Source: Thermoplasmatota archaeon (lineage in GTDB: Archaea > Thermoplasmatota > Poseidoniia > Poseidoniales > Thalassarchaeaceae). From it: a DNA stretch of 64,000 bases. This document shows positions 9,501 to 17,884 of this stretch, piece after piece; position 1 is the stretch's first letter; every line of letters starts with the position of its first letter. The DNA lies in assembly GCA_030828405.1 (NCBI GenBank), contig JAURCP010000005.1, positions 18,945 to 82,944 on the forward strand. Reading direction: 5' to 3'. Both the position numbers and the translations under genes were made by a program. The notes under the pieces are model-generated. The model did no database searches, had not been told where the DNA came from, and saw nothing but the letters and a program-made list of their open reading frames with translations.

Positions 9501-10724
9501 CAGGGAGATGAATTCCGAATGAGTGGATTTGTTTATCATTCTGGTTCAGGTGCATTAGCAGCAAATATTCCAGAAAATCTTGAAGTTGAATTCAAAGTAG
9601 TTTATGGGACACAAGAAATTAAGATGGTCACATCAGTAAATGGAGATGCCAGTTTCGATGGTTCAATGATTTTACCTTCAAGAGTCCCTCTAAATCCAAC
9701 TATGTCTGTTTCAACTGAAGTTTTGAATATCCCTGGTGGTGGTTCATCAGATATTAATTCAGATGCTTCTGTGACTGTTGACAGTAAAGCACCAACGGTA
9801 CTATTTGATCAATCAACATATCCTGATTCATCATTAGTTTTGTTAGAATCGGATTTAATCAATGATGTATTTGTCACAGTAACGATGGTCGATGAAATTG
9901 GTATGATTGAAGGACCTCTTGATGTCGCTTGGGTAATTCTAAGATCGGGTACTGCAGTGGCTGGTTCAGAAAATACCGGACAACTAACTATGATTGATGA
10001 TGGAGAGTCGAAAGATGTTTATCAAGGCTATATTGATTTTACACCACTAAATGGTATGTCAATTGAACAAGGTGACCAGATTGCTTTCTGGGTCACTTCA
10101 ACCGATAGAGCAGGAAATGTTGTCACAGGTCTAGGTAGTGAATCCGCACCAAGAATGCCTACTCTTAGAATAATGAAGTTTAATCCCGAATATACTAGAG
10201 TAGTCATCAATCCAACCTCTACTCCAATGGTTGGAGAGATGTTAACTCTGCAAACATTCTGGGAAAATGATGGTAAGAGAGAAGGCTCTATCACAGTTGG
10301 TCTATATGAATTAAATCCAGAGAGTGGTCAATGGTCACCGGCCTTAACTACCTTATCCTTTGGCCCTACTGAAATTATTCTAGGTGCGCAGTCTTCGAGT
10401 GTCAATGCACAATTCCAATGGGAGTCTTGGTCTGAGGGGCAACCTCTATTGGTATTGATTATGGAAGATCCTGAAACAGGTGAGATGGACTGGAATAATG
10501 ATAATGGAAACAATATCGACTTATCAGGTATTAATGTCCAACCATTACCGGTAGAAGCAGAATCAAACACTGGCCTTTACATGGTCATTGGTGTTGCAGT
10601 TATCGCTGTAGCACTTGTTGCAATACTTGTAATGCGGAGCCGTGGTGATGAAGATTATTACTATGATGATGATGAAGATGAATACGAAGAAGACGATTGG
10701 GAATACGAAGAAGAAGAGGATTAG
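3573..10724 (+). CDS. giant cell-surface protein (2383 aa): signal peptide, GG(S/T)GY repeats, MAM/InhA-like jelly-roll modules, C-terminal TM anchor and acidic tail
   Basis: Signal-like N-terminus RRRTALALVLLMIIAPLTSAAT. Four GG(S/T)GY repeats span residues 188-342. At least three modules have an F-x-W...G-x-W signature: LYMTFDHWYHLD..GAWVEYRINTGSW; EIDMEWDLQG..IELSLNNVTW; YVTFDKWICTE..LQIQVNGGSW. N-x-S/T sequons are dense. The C-terminal TM is GLYMVIGVAVIAVALVAILVM, followed by the tail RSRGDEDYYYDDDEDEYEEDDWEYEEEED. Confidence 0.85.
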   Translation: MSDRRRTALALVLLMIIAPLTSAATTSWTGPSSVNPPDEGITLTGFRVPGNATVQDGWLHITNTETATSMDPGIVWEGADLDSGRFFGTNFVEDIEQITLLDDGSRSNISTFDDGDIDVSMNDIYTYSPGWEHVYSVSSSTSVVECNNLSGAWVDHGYDNNFDGSLSTGETTETLMYCSGNALEDSVTTLNVTSGGSGYSAGTLSATGGSGSGFSGTYSISSAIDSISIISGGTGYAVGDSLSFVCPGGCTGSGANASVGSVASNGSITSINLNNGGSGYISQQTMYVLVSSSGGGSAQLSSVLETTGSIYEASVTNGGSGYTSAPTIVPSSSGTSASISAGLGGFFDYEITVTSISSGSTSQCMLGGYVVNAGMDTDEDSMLDANEISDTNYLCNIQEMWGATTFNHNGTNLGSEQTMSYGTIPSSAVEGIVAVGTMPGSAVPRGTSSSFLLPPVDLPDSETYNGLYMTFDHWYHLDSTASGGGDGAWVEYRINTGSWNDWTYVTPDGGYTSTMSTEAPSPNGAPSGAVPVFASATHSGWLSENISISSIPEIDNASKIQFRFHIWTSPNASYERPGWFLDNIDFNNDGVDFGVWHHGCMSATSSSCNYAANSYGALQRTIDLSGTNSTSLLEIDMEWDLQGSTQDNACIELSLNNVTWYDLSSTGTTSTSQACEDRSGAIPGYPSYDGVFGDQSNAIRTVEYSIPTAYQNQANVYIRFVVDTDSWTNYGGTYPGDTQEGFTLEDIRVVDDSGTILFRDDLENQFSMSHYPVTFGTVTGYDDWNYYILTGGILSEVYGFEDSTAGNPSSSNAPGWSKQSAWNYGQLGTSAGPSDEPSFPYVYGTNLNGNYGNNQNSLLTSPTYNIPNDGLAYVTFDKWICTENSWDAVGLQIQVNGGSWNYFDPQIPGWYDGSPGFSGNQMYGHDAWMNGDCNQQEFENRQAPLSSYAGDELRFRFRLSTDTSVTYQGAYIDNFGILIANYGAGGYWLSNAVDMSNIDTFNYGWVDIEATIPENTSITGSLIDINDNVVPGYDNLTFPFSLAGVDSEEYELVRIKVLMDTSDEEVSPKLTKISIGGKRYLAASSADYNGWSFSPSIEVVDELLNATTIAGTITSDYVHSSRPIKSVTLSGNFSSGLMVTAYSFTGATLGQTSQGSIPFAIPQTGFSLSVSLPTNGWIDRMVISSNFVEPAENPAVDILNDGSVDWSFSMGTDYGHYGWQSLVSDGIDSHTTSTSVSLDSGTPSSIMVRIPSLAAVNNGIISIAPDSDGQFESPVTLTVGSSSQTSSSSSEIFHCILDYSQIAGINSLTTSHTDTDTGRQWRDVSITLESNYAQTVSISTIGIGYLIFENVSGLGASISDYHESMTQDDPPPTQVSIPVNITADKGSVSIDGDVKFDYIVTNRDFVVPNTLYPNGETVEIITQHHHLMDNSNLEKISLRGIASDGEILMFEVTNSADGLWGQGSDAVSFMQISGSSVAPMNPSTYLEITTHNDGYDDVTIHWMFDVNWMWDDVNSIRWVSQAFDASGESVWPSVSHSGESGKNAVENDLMIDSFEVRDQFGRLLSNQYSTFYPFTMTDGSELNITGTVKFQDSTAVRPQAVDFTVGLNISGLSYLLTSEEAGKFTGLISSPTGLSNVYLSPMMNTVGPTGYSLGAEDVTGTPPSVNVRVDHEPPVAGPLEVNTPSGLKAAHGKVWEPMDPLSLFITVEESEARGEILTLRYWRGSVDDINGDGVADEDEYLSMVQPLTPGMTGQQQVNFVGIDVSQQTFNSPVHMYIEGTDWAGLSYQDGGTGGGPGASNSWATVVVATDEPTSIKSAGYSLDRDLGYLLPGEQHTFTMQIEEANGLNTLDNISIMLCGDGISELGKMSYDPSRGTIWSDTTSFVTPLSVQTMQVSSDITQLSMIFEVSWDFPWEDNQNSCKPSVSILDDFTTVAYQNNIGELSWYLDNKYVAIPDNIEDLTPPQAESQGVSVYLGQGDEFRMSGFVYHSGSGALAANIPENLEVEFKVVYGTQEIKMVTSVNGDASFDGSMILPSRVPLNPTMSVSTEVLNIPGGGSSDINSDASVTVDSKAPTVLFDQSTYPDSSLVLLESDLINDVFVTVTMVDEIGMIEGPLDVAWVILRSGTAVAGSENTGQLTMIDDGESKDVYQGYIDFTPLNGMSIEQGDQIAFWVTSTDRAGNVVTGLGSESAPRMPTLRIMKFNPEYTRVVINPTSTPMVGEMLTLQTFWENDGKREGSITVGLYELNPESGQWSPALTTLSFGPTEIILGAQSSSVNAQFQWESWSEGQPLLVLIMEDPETGEMDWNNDNGNNIDLSGINVQPLPVEAESNTGLYMVIGVAVIAVALVAILVMRSRGDEDYYYDDDEDEYEEDDWEYEEEED

Positions 10725-10843
10725 TTGGAATAAATTCAAACCTCTACTAATCTCTATCTTCATGTAATTTCTTACTATTGTCTTTATAGGCTATTTACTG
10801 ACCTAATTGTTTCTGAGGAAGAAATTCCTTAGATGGGATTGGG

Positions 10844-11014
10844 ATGGATAAGACTAGCGACGCTGTAAGTGTGGAAGAACTAAAAAACGAAGTTGAAGAC
10901 TTGAAAGTGTTAGTAAATACTCTATTGACAGTTATCATGGAAGAGGCTGACGGTGTGCAATCAGGAGCAGCTCCTACTATTCCTAATCAGCCAAAACGTG
11001 GATATTGCATGTAA
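10844..11014 (+). CDS. candidate small ORF (56 aa), coiled-coil-like; below the ORF-track cutoff
   Basis: Hand translation gives MDKTSDAVSVEELKNEVEDLKVLVNTLLTVIMEEADGVQSGAAPTIPNQPKRGYCM. It fills an otherwise empty 290-nt gap. Its stop abuts the stop of the convergent glycosylase gene (TAATTA at 11012-11017). I recognise no homology. Confidence 0.3.
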   Translation: MDKTSDAVSVEELKNEVEDLKVLVNTLLTVIMEEADGVQSGAAPTIPNQPKRGYCM

Positions 11015-11668
11015 TTAATATTCAACGGGCTCTGGGTCTACTGTTCTCCACATGTAACAACAAGCTACAGTACGCCAAGGCTTCCATTTTTCTGAAATAG
11101 CGTATAACTCATCATTAGACATTTTCACCCCTGAATTATATGTTTTTTCAATACCTCTAATCATGCCTATATCTCCTATTGGAAATACATCCGGGCGGAG
11201 TAGAGTAAATATCAAAATCATCTCTGCAGTCCATTTCCCTACACCTCTCAATTTGATCAATTCTTCAATAATCTCTCCATCATCCATTTCCTCCCAATCA
11301 AACGACCTATATTCATGCCAAGATTCCGAGATTCCTATTACATATTCTGCCTTTCTTTGAGATAATCCACAACTTCTCAATTCTTCAAAGTCAACCGATA
11401 GTATATTCACAGGAGTAATATTTCCAACTCTTTCAGTAAATCTTGACCACACCGTAGATGCGGCTTTAACAGAAATTTGTTGGCCGATTACTGATCTAAT
11501 TAAAGTGAAAAAAATATCACCTCTTGAAATTAATTCTAGATCATCAAATTTATCTATTATTCTTGAAAGTATTATGTCATTATCAGATAGTTCTTTTTTC
11601 GCTATTTCCCAATAGTCGGGTCTATCTCCTAACAATCTCATTGATACTCCTATGACCTCATAGTTCAA
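11015..11668 (-). CDS. DNA-3-methyladenine glycosylase II-like HhH-GPD base-excision repair protein
   Basis: 217 aa. The helix-hairpin-helix/GPD signature is LRGVGKWTAEMILIFTLLRPDVFPIGDIGMIRG, with the conserved Asp after the HhH as in AlkA-family glycosylases. Confidence 0.8.
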   Translation of the reverse strand: MNYEVIGVSMRLLGDRPDYWEIAKKELSDNDIILSRIIDKFDDLELISRGDIFFTLIRSVIGQQISVKAASTVWSRFTERVGNITPVNILSVDFEELRSCGLSQRKAEYVIGISESWHEYRSFDWEEMDDGEIIEELIKLRGVGKWTAEMILIFTLLRPDVFPIGDIGMIRGIEKTYNSGVKMSNDELYAISEKWKPWRTVACCYMWRTVDPEPVEY

Positions 11669-11692
11669 GAGAACTGCCTTGTTCGCATTAAC

Positions 11693-12184
11693 ATGGATTT
11701 TGAGAAAATCATGTTCGGTGGTGCAATTGCTGCTACTGTAATTTTTATTATTTTAAGTACAACTGGAAATACTGATTTGATAGAAAATGAGTCTTGGGCT
11801 ATAGAAGAAACCTGTCTAGGAAGTCATTCTAGCGACCTTAGTCACACTCATAGTAGTTTATCGATAATAATTAATGGAAATGAGCAATATATATCTCAGA
11901 ATATTGGCATACAGGATTCTGAGTGTCCTGATGGAATGCGAGGAATACATACTCATGATGATTCAGGAAGGCTACATATTGAAACACCAAGCCAAATATC
12001 AGCTCCCATTGGAGCATTTTTCAATATCTGGGGTGAGGTATTCAATTCAGAACAGATTCTTGATAACAAGGTAGACTCTAATCATGAAATTGTGATGTTT
12101 GTTAATGGAGAAATTAATCAAGATTTTGAAAATTATGTGATGTTAAATAATGATGTAATAGAGATACATTATCAGAATAAGTAA
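11693..12184 (+). CDS. conserved-looking hypothetical protein, N-terminal TM anchor, His-rich HTH(S/D) motifs
   Basis: 163 aa. TM is GGAIAATVIFIILS. Motifs are HTHSSLSIIINGNEQYIS and GIHTHDDSGRLHIE..FFNIWG. I recall this pattern from uncharacterised exported proteins; the function is unknown. Confidence 0.6.
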   Translation: MDFEKIMFGGAIAATVIFIILSTTGNTDLIENESWAIEETCLGSHSSDLSHTHSSLSIIINGNEQYISQNIGIQDSECPDGMRGIHTHDDSGRLHIETPSQISAPIGAFFNIWGEVFNSEQILDNKVDSNHEIVMFVNGEINQDFENYVMLNNDVIEIHYQNK

Positions 12185-13681
12185 TTACCCCTTAATTACA
12201 GCAAATGGTTTCATTCTGGCTACAGGTCTGGCGAGTCCAGCCTCACATGTTAATCTAATTACTTCGTCAACATCTTTGTATGCATCCGGGGCTTCTTCTG
12301 AAAGAACATTGGGTGTTTTTGTATGAACATTAATTCCATTATTTTCAAGTTGCTTCTTTAATTCTAATGAATCAATTTGATTCCTTGCAGCGGTTCTGGA
12401 AAGTTTTCTTCCTGCGCCATGACACGATGAAGAAAAAGCATCATTGCCTCCGCTTTCTGGACCAGATAAAATCCATGAAGCGGTCCCCATATCACCAGGT
12501 ACAAGGACAGGTTGACCAACTCCTGAAAACTTTCCAGCCAACTCTGCGTGGTCCCCACCAAGTGCTCTTGTAGCGCCTTTTCTATGAACACAGCATTCAC
12601 ATGAAATTCCATGTACTTTGTGATTTTCAATCTTTGCTATATTGTGACTAACATCATAGATTACTTCAAGATCACTATCCATTCGAATTTCTTCCCTTAG
12701 AATATTCCTTAATCTTTGAGTTAAGGTTGAACGATTTGCAAAGGCGAAATTCCCTGCAGCGGACATGGAATCGAAATATTGTTGCCCTTCATTACTGAAT
12801 ATTGGAGCTGCTGCTAATTGCCTATCTGGTATCGACATATCCCATTTTTCGGCGAACCACAAATTATCCTTTTTTACATAATTTTGTTCTATATTTGATA
12901 CATGATCAGAACAAACTTGATGCCCTAAACCCCTGGACCCAGTATGGATCATTGCGGTGATTTGTCCTTCTCGAATTCCAAAAGCTTTGGCGGCCTTTTC
13001 ATCTACAATTCTATCAACGACTTGCAGTTCTAAGAAGTGATTGCCAGAACCCAACGTCCCCATAGATTTACTCCCTCTCTTTTTGGCTCTTTCACCTAAA
13101 TTTCTTTCATTAGTTTCCAGAACTCCATTTGATTCAATAAACTCAAGATCTCTGTATTCTCCCCAACCCATTTCAATTGCCGCATTTGCTCCTTCAGAAA
13201 GTACCATGTCAATTTCTGTTGGATCTAAAATTACTCCTCCCTTGCTTGTTGCCCCAGCAGGAATTGAATCCGCTAATTTCCTAGCTAATGATTTGGGATC
13301 GATATCTCTATATTCGATATCAAGAGTGCATAATCGCACACCACAGTTGATGTCAAATCCAACCCCTCCTGGTGAAATAGCGCCTCCTTGATTCCCTGAA
13401 TTGATGTCTGTTGCAACAACTCCTCCAATCGGAAAGCCGTATCCAAAATGCCAGTCTGCCATAGCCCAAGCATTACCTACTATACCATCTAAGGACGCAG
13501 TATTGACTAACTGATTAGGGGATCTATCATCTGAATGTTCATCTAGATGATCTGAATCTGCAACCATTATCGCATCCGTTTTCATTGAACCGTGTTTACC
13601 AATGCGCATTCTTCCGGGACCATCAGGCTGCAAATGTTCTCTCCACTCCCCTGACACACTCTTCCGAATTATAGTATACAT
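12185..13681 (-). CDS. rtcB: RNA-splicing ligase RtcB (3'-phosphate/5'-OH tRNA ligase)
   Basis: 498 aa with RtcB hallmark blocks: GFDINCGVRL, GSGNHFLELQ, HTGSRGLGHQV, HNIAKIENH, SSSCHGAGR. I see no intein. Confidence 0.95.
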   Translation of the reverse strand: MYTIIRKSVSGEWREHLQPDGPGRMRIGKHGSMKTDAIMVADSDHLDEHSDDRSPNQLVNTASLDGIVGNAWAMADWHFGYGFPIGGVVATDINSGNQGGAISPGGVGFDINCGVRLCTLDIEYRDIDPKSLARKLADSIPAGATSKGGVILDPTEIDMVLSEGANAAIEMGWGEYRDLEFIESNGVLETNERNLGERAKKRGSKSMGTLGSGNHFLELQVVDRIVDEKAAKAFGIREGQITAMIHTGSRGLGHQVCSDHVSNIEQNYVKKDNLWFAEKWDMSIPDRQLAAAPIFSNEGQQYFDSMSAAGNFAFANRSTLTQRLRNILREEIRMDSDLEVIYDVSHNIAKIENHKVHGISCECCVHRKGATRALGGDHAELAGKFSGVGQPVLVPGDMGTASWILSGPESGGNDAFSSSCHGAGRKLSRTAARNQIDSLELKKQLENNGINVHTKTPNVLSEEAPDAYKDVDEVIRLTCEAGLARPVARMKPFAVIKG

Positions 13682-13761
13682 TTCAATAGGTCGGACAGGT
13701 CTTTCAACAATTGTATTAAAGTTAGTTTAACTATTCCGAGTCATGTAAGGTTGTGCATGAG

Positions 13762-16632
13762 ATGGTGTTTGGAGAAGTTCATATTCCGTTTTGGGATGAA
13801 TCTGGGCACATGCGAAGAACTTGTTCAGTAACTGGACTTTACTTTTGGACTCGGGATAAAAACAGAACAACTTCTGGAGATACTCATGAAGATCCATATA
13901 CATTCATAGGAAGTCCAATAATTGATAATTTTCCTATGAGGGGCAAAGAACTAAAAGATTCGATGAGGTCTTCATTTCTGGATTATTTCTCTGAGAATAG
14001 TCACTCCCAAATCGATCCTTATCCAGTAATAGCAAGATGGAGAGATGATATACATCTGACAATAGCAAGTATTGCAGATTTTCAACCTCACGTGACTAGT
14101 GGGCAGGTCCCTCCACCTGCTAATCCCTTGTGTATTTCTCAACCGTGCATAAGGTTGACTGATGTTGCAGCAGTTGGACGTTCAGGAAGGCACTTGACAA
14201 CTTTCGAAATGATGGCCCATCATGCTTTCAATAGACCCAATGATGGTGAGGTGGTATACTGGATAGATCAATGTGTTAGATTTTGTGACGACATGTTAGT
14301 CAACACATTTGGAATTAACCCTATTGAAATCACCTATGTAGAGAATCCTTGGTCAGGAGGGGGGAATGCTGGAGCAGCACTCGAAGTAATAGTTGGAGGG
14401 TTAGAATTAGCAACTCTCGTGTTCATGAATTTAGAAGAACATGAAGAAGGGGAAATTGTAATCAAAGGATTAAACTATCGAGAGATGGACTTACAGATAA
14501 TTGATACAGGTTATGGACTAGAAAGATTTTGTTGGGCAGCAGCAGGTACTCCAACAATTTATGAAGCGATATATCCTGAATCTGTATCTTGGTTAAAAGA
14601 AACTATTGGCTTTGAATCAATGGTGAATGATTTAAATTTAAATGTTGATACAACTGTATTATTTTCTGAATTATCAAGATTAGCAGGGATACTAAATATC
14701 GATGTAGGAACGGATGTAGATTCACTTTACAGCACATTAATTGAAAGATTGAATGCTCAGGAAATTAAGATATCAGTTTCTGATTTGAAACGCCTTACAG
14801 AGCCATTATCTGCTATTTATGCTATACCTGATCACATGCACGCGCTGTGTAACATGTTAGGAGACGGATTGATACCCAGTAATACAAAAGCAGGTTACCT
14901 AGCAAGAATGCTCGCCAGAAGAGTTTGTCGTATGAAATCGGATTTAAATCTGAATGTGACTTTAGCAGAACTTGGAAAGCATCATATTGAAACACATCTA
15001 GACTTAGAAAATTTTACACAAAATGAAGATGGAATACTTTTAATGTTACAATTAGAAGAATCACGTTACTATGAAATGTTGAGAAAAGGTCAATCTGCTG
15101 TTAATACCGCTTTACAAAATATCCCAAAGAATGCAACCGAAGTACCTGATTCAATTTTATTCAGATTGTCTGAAGAAAGAGGAATCAATCCAGATATGGT
15201 TATGGCTATTTCTAATGATTTAGGTTGGGAAAATCTATCTGTTAGAGTTGGATTTTCTGCAGATATGGCGGATAGAAATGCTAGAATGACCAAAGATGCA
15301 GCAAAAATTAGAGATAAAAATAATTTTCTCAAAGAGGAATTCCCAGTAACCTTTCAAGATTACTATTTAGACACAAATAAGACACATTTCACTGCTGAAG
15401 TACTACATTGTGGTCAAATAAATCATGAATCTAATAAGGTTTCATTTTCTAATGAAGTAATTTCCACCCCCACTCATTTTGTAATTCTCGATAGAACACT
15501 TTTCTATCCAGAAGGCGGTGGTCAGTTGGGTGATCAAGGATATTTCCATCTAGATGAAACAAGAACGATTAGTGTGTTAGATACTAAAATAGAGGAAGGT
15601 GTAATCATTCATTTTACAGATGGTTTCCTAAACAATGGACGAATTGATGCTGAAGTAGATAGTATTCGAAGACGACAATTAATGGATCACCACACTGCTA
15701 TACATATTGTGGGTGGAGCGGCCAGGGATATTCTGGGTCCTCATATCCGACAAGCAGGTTCTAACAAAGGACAAAGGTACGCTAGAATTGACTTGACTCA
15801 TTACTCTAGAATATCTAGAGATTTGCTGGATAAAATTGAAGATAGGGCTAATGATATTGTACAATTAAATCCTAGAATAGAGAAGATAATTCTAGATAGG
15901 GTCGAAGCGGATTCTAGATTTGGTTTCGACATATATCAGGGAGGACCTCCAAAACATCAGGAAATTAGAATTATCAAGATTGGAGATTTTGACATCCAAG
16001 CTTGTGGAGGGACCCACCATGATGAAGCAGGTAATATTGGAGAATTACGGATAGTTCGTTCCAGTCAAGTCCAAGACGGAGTAGAGCGTCTGCAAATCGT
16101 GGCAGGGGATACGGCGAGAGACCATGCGAGGAAGCAAGAGCGTATTCTTAGTGAAGCATCTGAGATTTTGGGAGTTCAGTCTGATGATCTACCTAAGGCA
16201 GTAATGAAGTTCTTCCAAGAATGGAAATCACAACAAAAAAAGATTTCTAATTTAGAAGCAGAAATTGTCAGGTTAAGAACAAGTGGAGGAGGCGATGAAG
16301 CAATTCATAAAGATGGAATAAGGTATGTGATCATGGAATCTTCAGGAGATTCCAAGCAATTAATGAAAATGCTTTCTGAATTGACAAGGGATGAATCTAA
16401 CCCTACATTAGCAATAATTGGAAGCAAGGATGCCGGAGGCAAAATAATCGTTGCAACTACTGAGAATACGAAGGCTTCTGAGATGTATAATTCTGTGGAA
16501 ATTTTGAATTCAATTTCATCCCATATCAATGGTGGAGGTGGTGGAAAACCAACCTTTGCCCAAGGGGGGGGGTCAAACCCTGAGGGGATTCCCGCGGCTC
16601 TTGAAGCCGCTAAAAAAATGCTAGATGTTTGA
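13762..16632 (+). CDS. alaS: alanine--tRNA ligase, archaeal type
   Basis: PVIARWRDDIHLTIASIADFQPHVTSG, the class II core, the editing-domain HxxxH (HHTAIH) and CGGTH, and a C-terminal DHHA1-like GGGGGKPTFAQGGG. The ORF track opens at GTG 13753; the first ATG is at 13762, so the start is uncertain by 3 codons. Confidence 0.95.
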   Translation: MVFGEVHIPFWDESGHMRRTCSVTGLYFWTRDKNRTTSGDTHEDPYTFIGSPIIDNFPMRGKELKDSMRSSFLDYFSENSHSQIDPYPVIARWRDDIHLTIASIADFQPHVTSGQVPPPANPLCISQPCIRLTDVAAVGRSGRHLTTFEMMAHHAFNRPNDGEVVYWIDQCVRFCDDMLVNTFGINPIEITYVENPWSGGGNAGAALEVIVGGLELATLVFMNLEEHEEGEIVIKGLNYREMDLQIIDTGYGLERFCWAAAGTPTIYEAIYPESVSWLKETIGFESMVNDLNLNVDTTVLFSELSRLAGILNIDVGTDVDSLYSTLIERLNAQEIKISVSDLKRLTEPLSAIYAIPDHMHALCNMLGDGLIPSNTKAGYLARMLARRVCRMKSDLNLNVTLAELGKHHIETHLDLENFTQNEDGILLMLQLEESRYYEMLRKGQSAVNTALQNIPKNATEVPDSILFRLSEERGINPDMVMAISNDLGWENLSVRVGFSADMADRNARMTKDAAKIRDKNNFLKEEFPVTFQDYYLDTNKTHFTAEVLHCGQINHESNKVSFSNEVISTPTHFVILDRTLFYPEGGGQLGDQGYFHLDETRTISVLDTKIEEGVIIHFTDGFLNNGRIDAEVDSIRRRQLMDHHTAIHIVGGAARDILGPHIRQAGSNKGQRYARIDLTHYSRISRDLLDKIEDRANDIVQLNPRIEKIILDRVEADSRFGFDIYQGGPPKHQEIRIIKIGDFDIQACGGTHHDEAGNIGELRIVRSSQVQDGVERLQIVAGDTARDHARKQERILSEASEILGVQSDDLPKAVMKFFQEWKSQQKKISNLEAEIVRLRTSGGGDEAIHKDGIRYVIMESSGDSKQLMKMLSELTRDESNPTLAIIGSKDAGGKIIVATTENTKASEMYNSVEILNSISSHINGGGGGKPTFAQGGGSNPEGIPAALEAAKKMLDV

Positions 16633-16644
16633 AACTCTATCCGT

Positions 16645-17880
16645 TTGATTCATCAAACTTCACCTCTTCCCGAGGTTATGTCGGAACCAGTCAAGGTATC
16701 AAATCGTGCTTCTTCAATCGAATATGCGATAAGAGATGTAGTGGTTCCAGCTATTGAATTAGAGAAACAAGGCCATGACATTATCCGTCTAAATATTGGC
16801 GATCCACTCGCTTATGAAGGACTCCCAACACCAGTTCATATGATTGAAAAATACAAGAATGCTCTAGACAGGCAAGACAATGGTTATGGACCTTCATACG
16901 GATTAGATGAATTAAGAGATGCAATTTCTCAATCGGAGTTATCTAAGGGTTGGAATTGTAATCCTGATGATGTTTATGTGACTCATGGAGTTACTGAGGC
17001 ATTGCAAGTAATTTTTGCAGCATTTCTTGAAGAAAATGACATAGTATTAGCTCCAGGTCCCCATTACCCTCCATACATGGCTTATCCACAGATGTACGGT
17101 GCTAAGACAGTAGAATATAGGTTAAAATCATCTGACGAGTGGAAGATTGATTTAGATGATATCAGTGATAAGATGAATGATTCAGTCAAATTATTAGTTC
17201 TCATAAATCCAAATAACCCTACTGGGAATATTGCTACAGAAAGTGAGATTGATAAATTAATTAATATCGCTGAGAAATGGCCTAATTGTACAATTATAGC
17301 AGATGAAATATACGACGGATTAGATTTCTCAGATAATTTTATCTCAGTAGCATCTCGTTCAAATAGTGTACCAATAATTACACTAAATGGTGTCTCTAAA
17401 GTGTATTTCGCTCCAGGATGGAGGATTGGATACATGGCTTGGCATGATCCTAATAATCGCCTCAGATTGGTTAGAGATGGGGTGGAGAGAATTCTTAGAA
17501 GTCGCTTATGTGCATCAACACCAGCACAATATGGATATTTAGCAGGTCTAAGAGAGTCTAAAGATTGGCTTGACAAACACCGTAAATTGACAGAGGAAAG
17601 AATGAATTTTTGTCTCAAAAGAATAGAAGAAATTGATGGTATTTCTTGTGAGAGCCCAAAAGGTGCTTTCTATTTATTTGTTAAATTAACTAATCTTGAA
17701 GATCAGAGAGATGATAAAAAATGGGTGTTAGATCTTTTACATCAGGAGCATGTATTAGTCGTCCATGGTTCTGGTTTTTCTCCTGAGTTCGGTTCGGGTC
17801 ATTTTAGAATGGTCTGCTTACCCCCCATTCCAGTACTTGAAGAAGCATTCCAAAGGATTGAAAGGTTCTTGAGAAGTTGA
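16645..17880 (+). CDS. class I/II pyridoxal-phosphate aminotransferase (alanine/aspartate aminotransferase-like)
   Basis: NPNNPTG and the SKVYFAPGWRIGY block, which contains the PLP lysine. The ORF opens at TTG 16645; the first ATG is at 16678 (MSEPVKV...), so the start is uncertain. Confidence 0.85.
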   Translation: MIHQTSPLPEVMSEPVKVSNRASSIEYAIRDVVVPAIELEKQGHDIIRLNIGDPLAYEGLPTPVHMIEKYKNALDRQDNGYGPSYGLDELRDAISQSELSKGWNCNPDDVYVTHGVTEALQVIFAAFLEENDIVLAPGPHYPPYMAYPQMYGAKTVEYRLKSSDEWKIDLDDISDKMNDSVKLLVLINPNNPTGNIATESEIDKLINIAEKWPNCTIIADEIYDGLDFSDNFISVASRSNSVPIITLNGVSKVYFAPGWRIGYMAWHDPNNRLRLVRDGVERILRSRLCASTPAQYGYLAGLRESKDWLDKHRKLTEERMNFCLKRIEEIDGISCESPKGAFYLFVKLTNLEDQRDDKKWVLDLLHQEHVLVVHGSGFSPEFGSGHFRMVCLPPIPVLEEAFQRIERFLRS

Positions 17881-17884
17881 TAAT

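Noticed and set aside
3218-10724. tRNA genes next to a 7-kb giant gene as a possible integrated island or mobile element
   Set aside because: No integrase, transposase or phage genes are present, and by eye I could not find a direct repeat of either tRNA 3' end elsewhere in the window. A whole-window repeat search would be needed to exclude this fully.
13762-13900. The AlaRS N-terminus seems to lack the paired Cys knuckles (C-x2-C ... C-x4-C) that I recall in other archaeal AlaRS N-termini (here RRTCSVTGLYFWT...TSGDTHEDPY)
   Set aside because: This relies on my memory of other sequences, and I cannot verify that the motif is general or functional. It is not reportable without an alignment.
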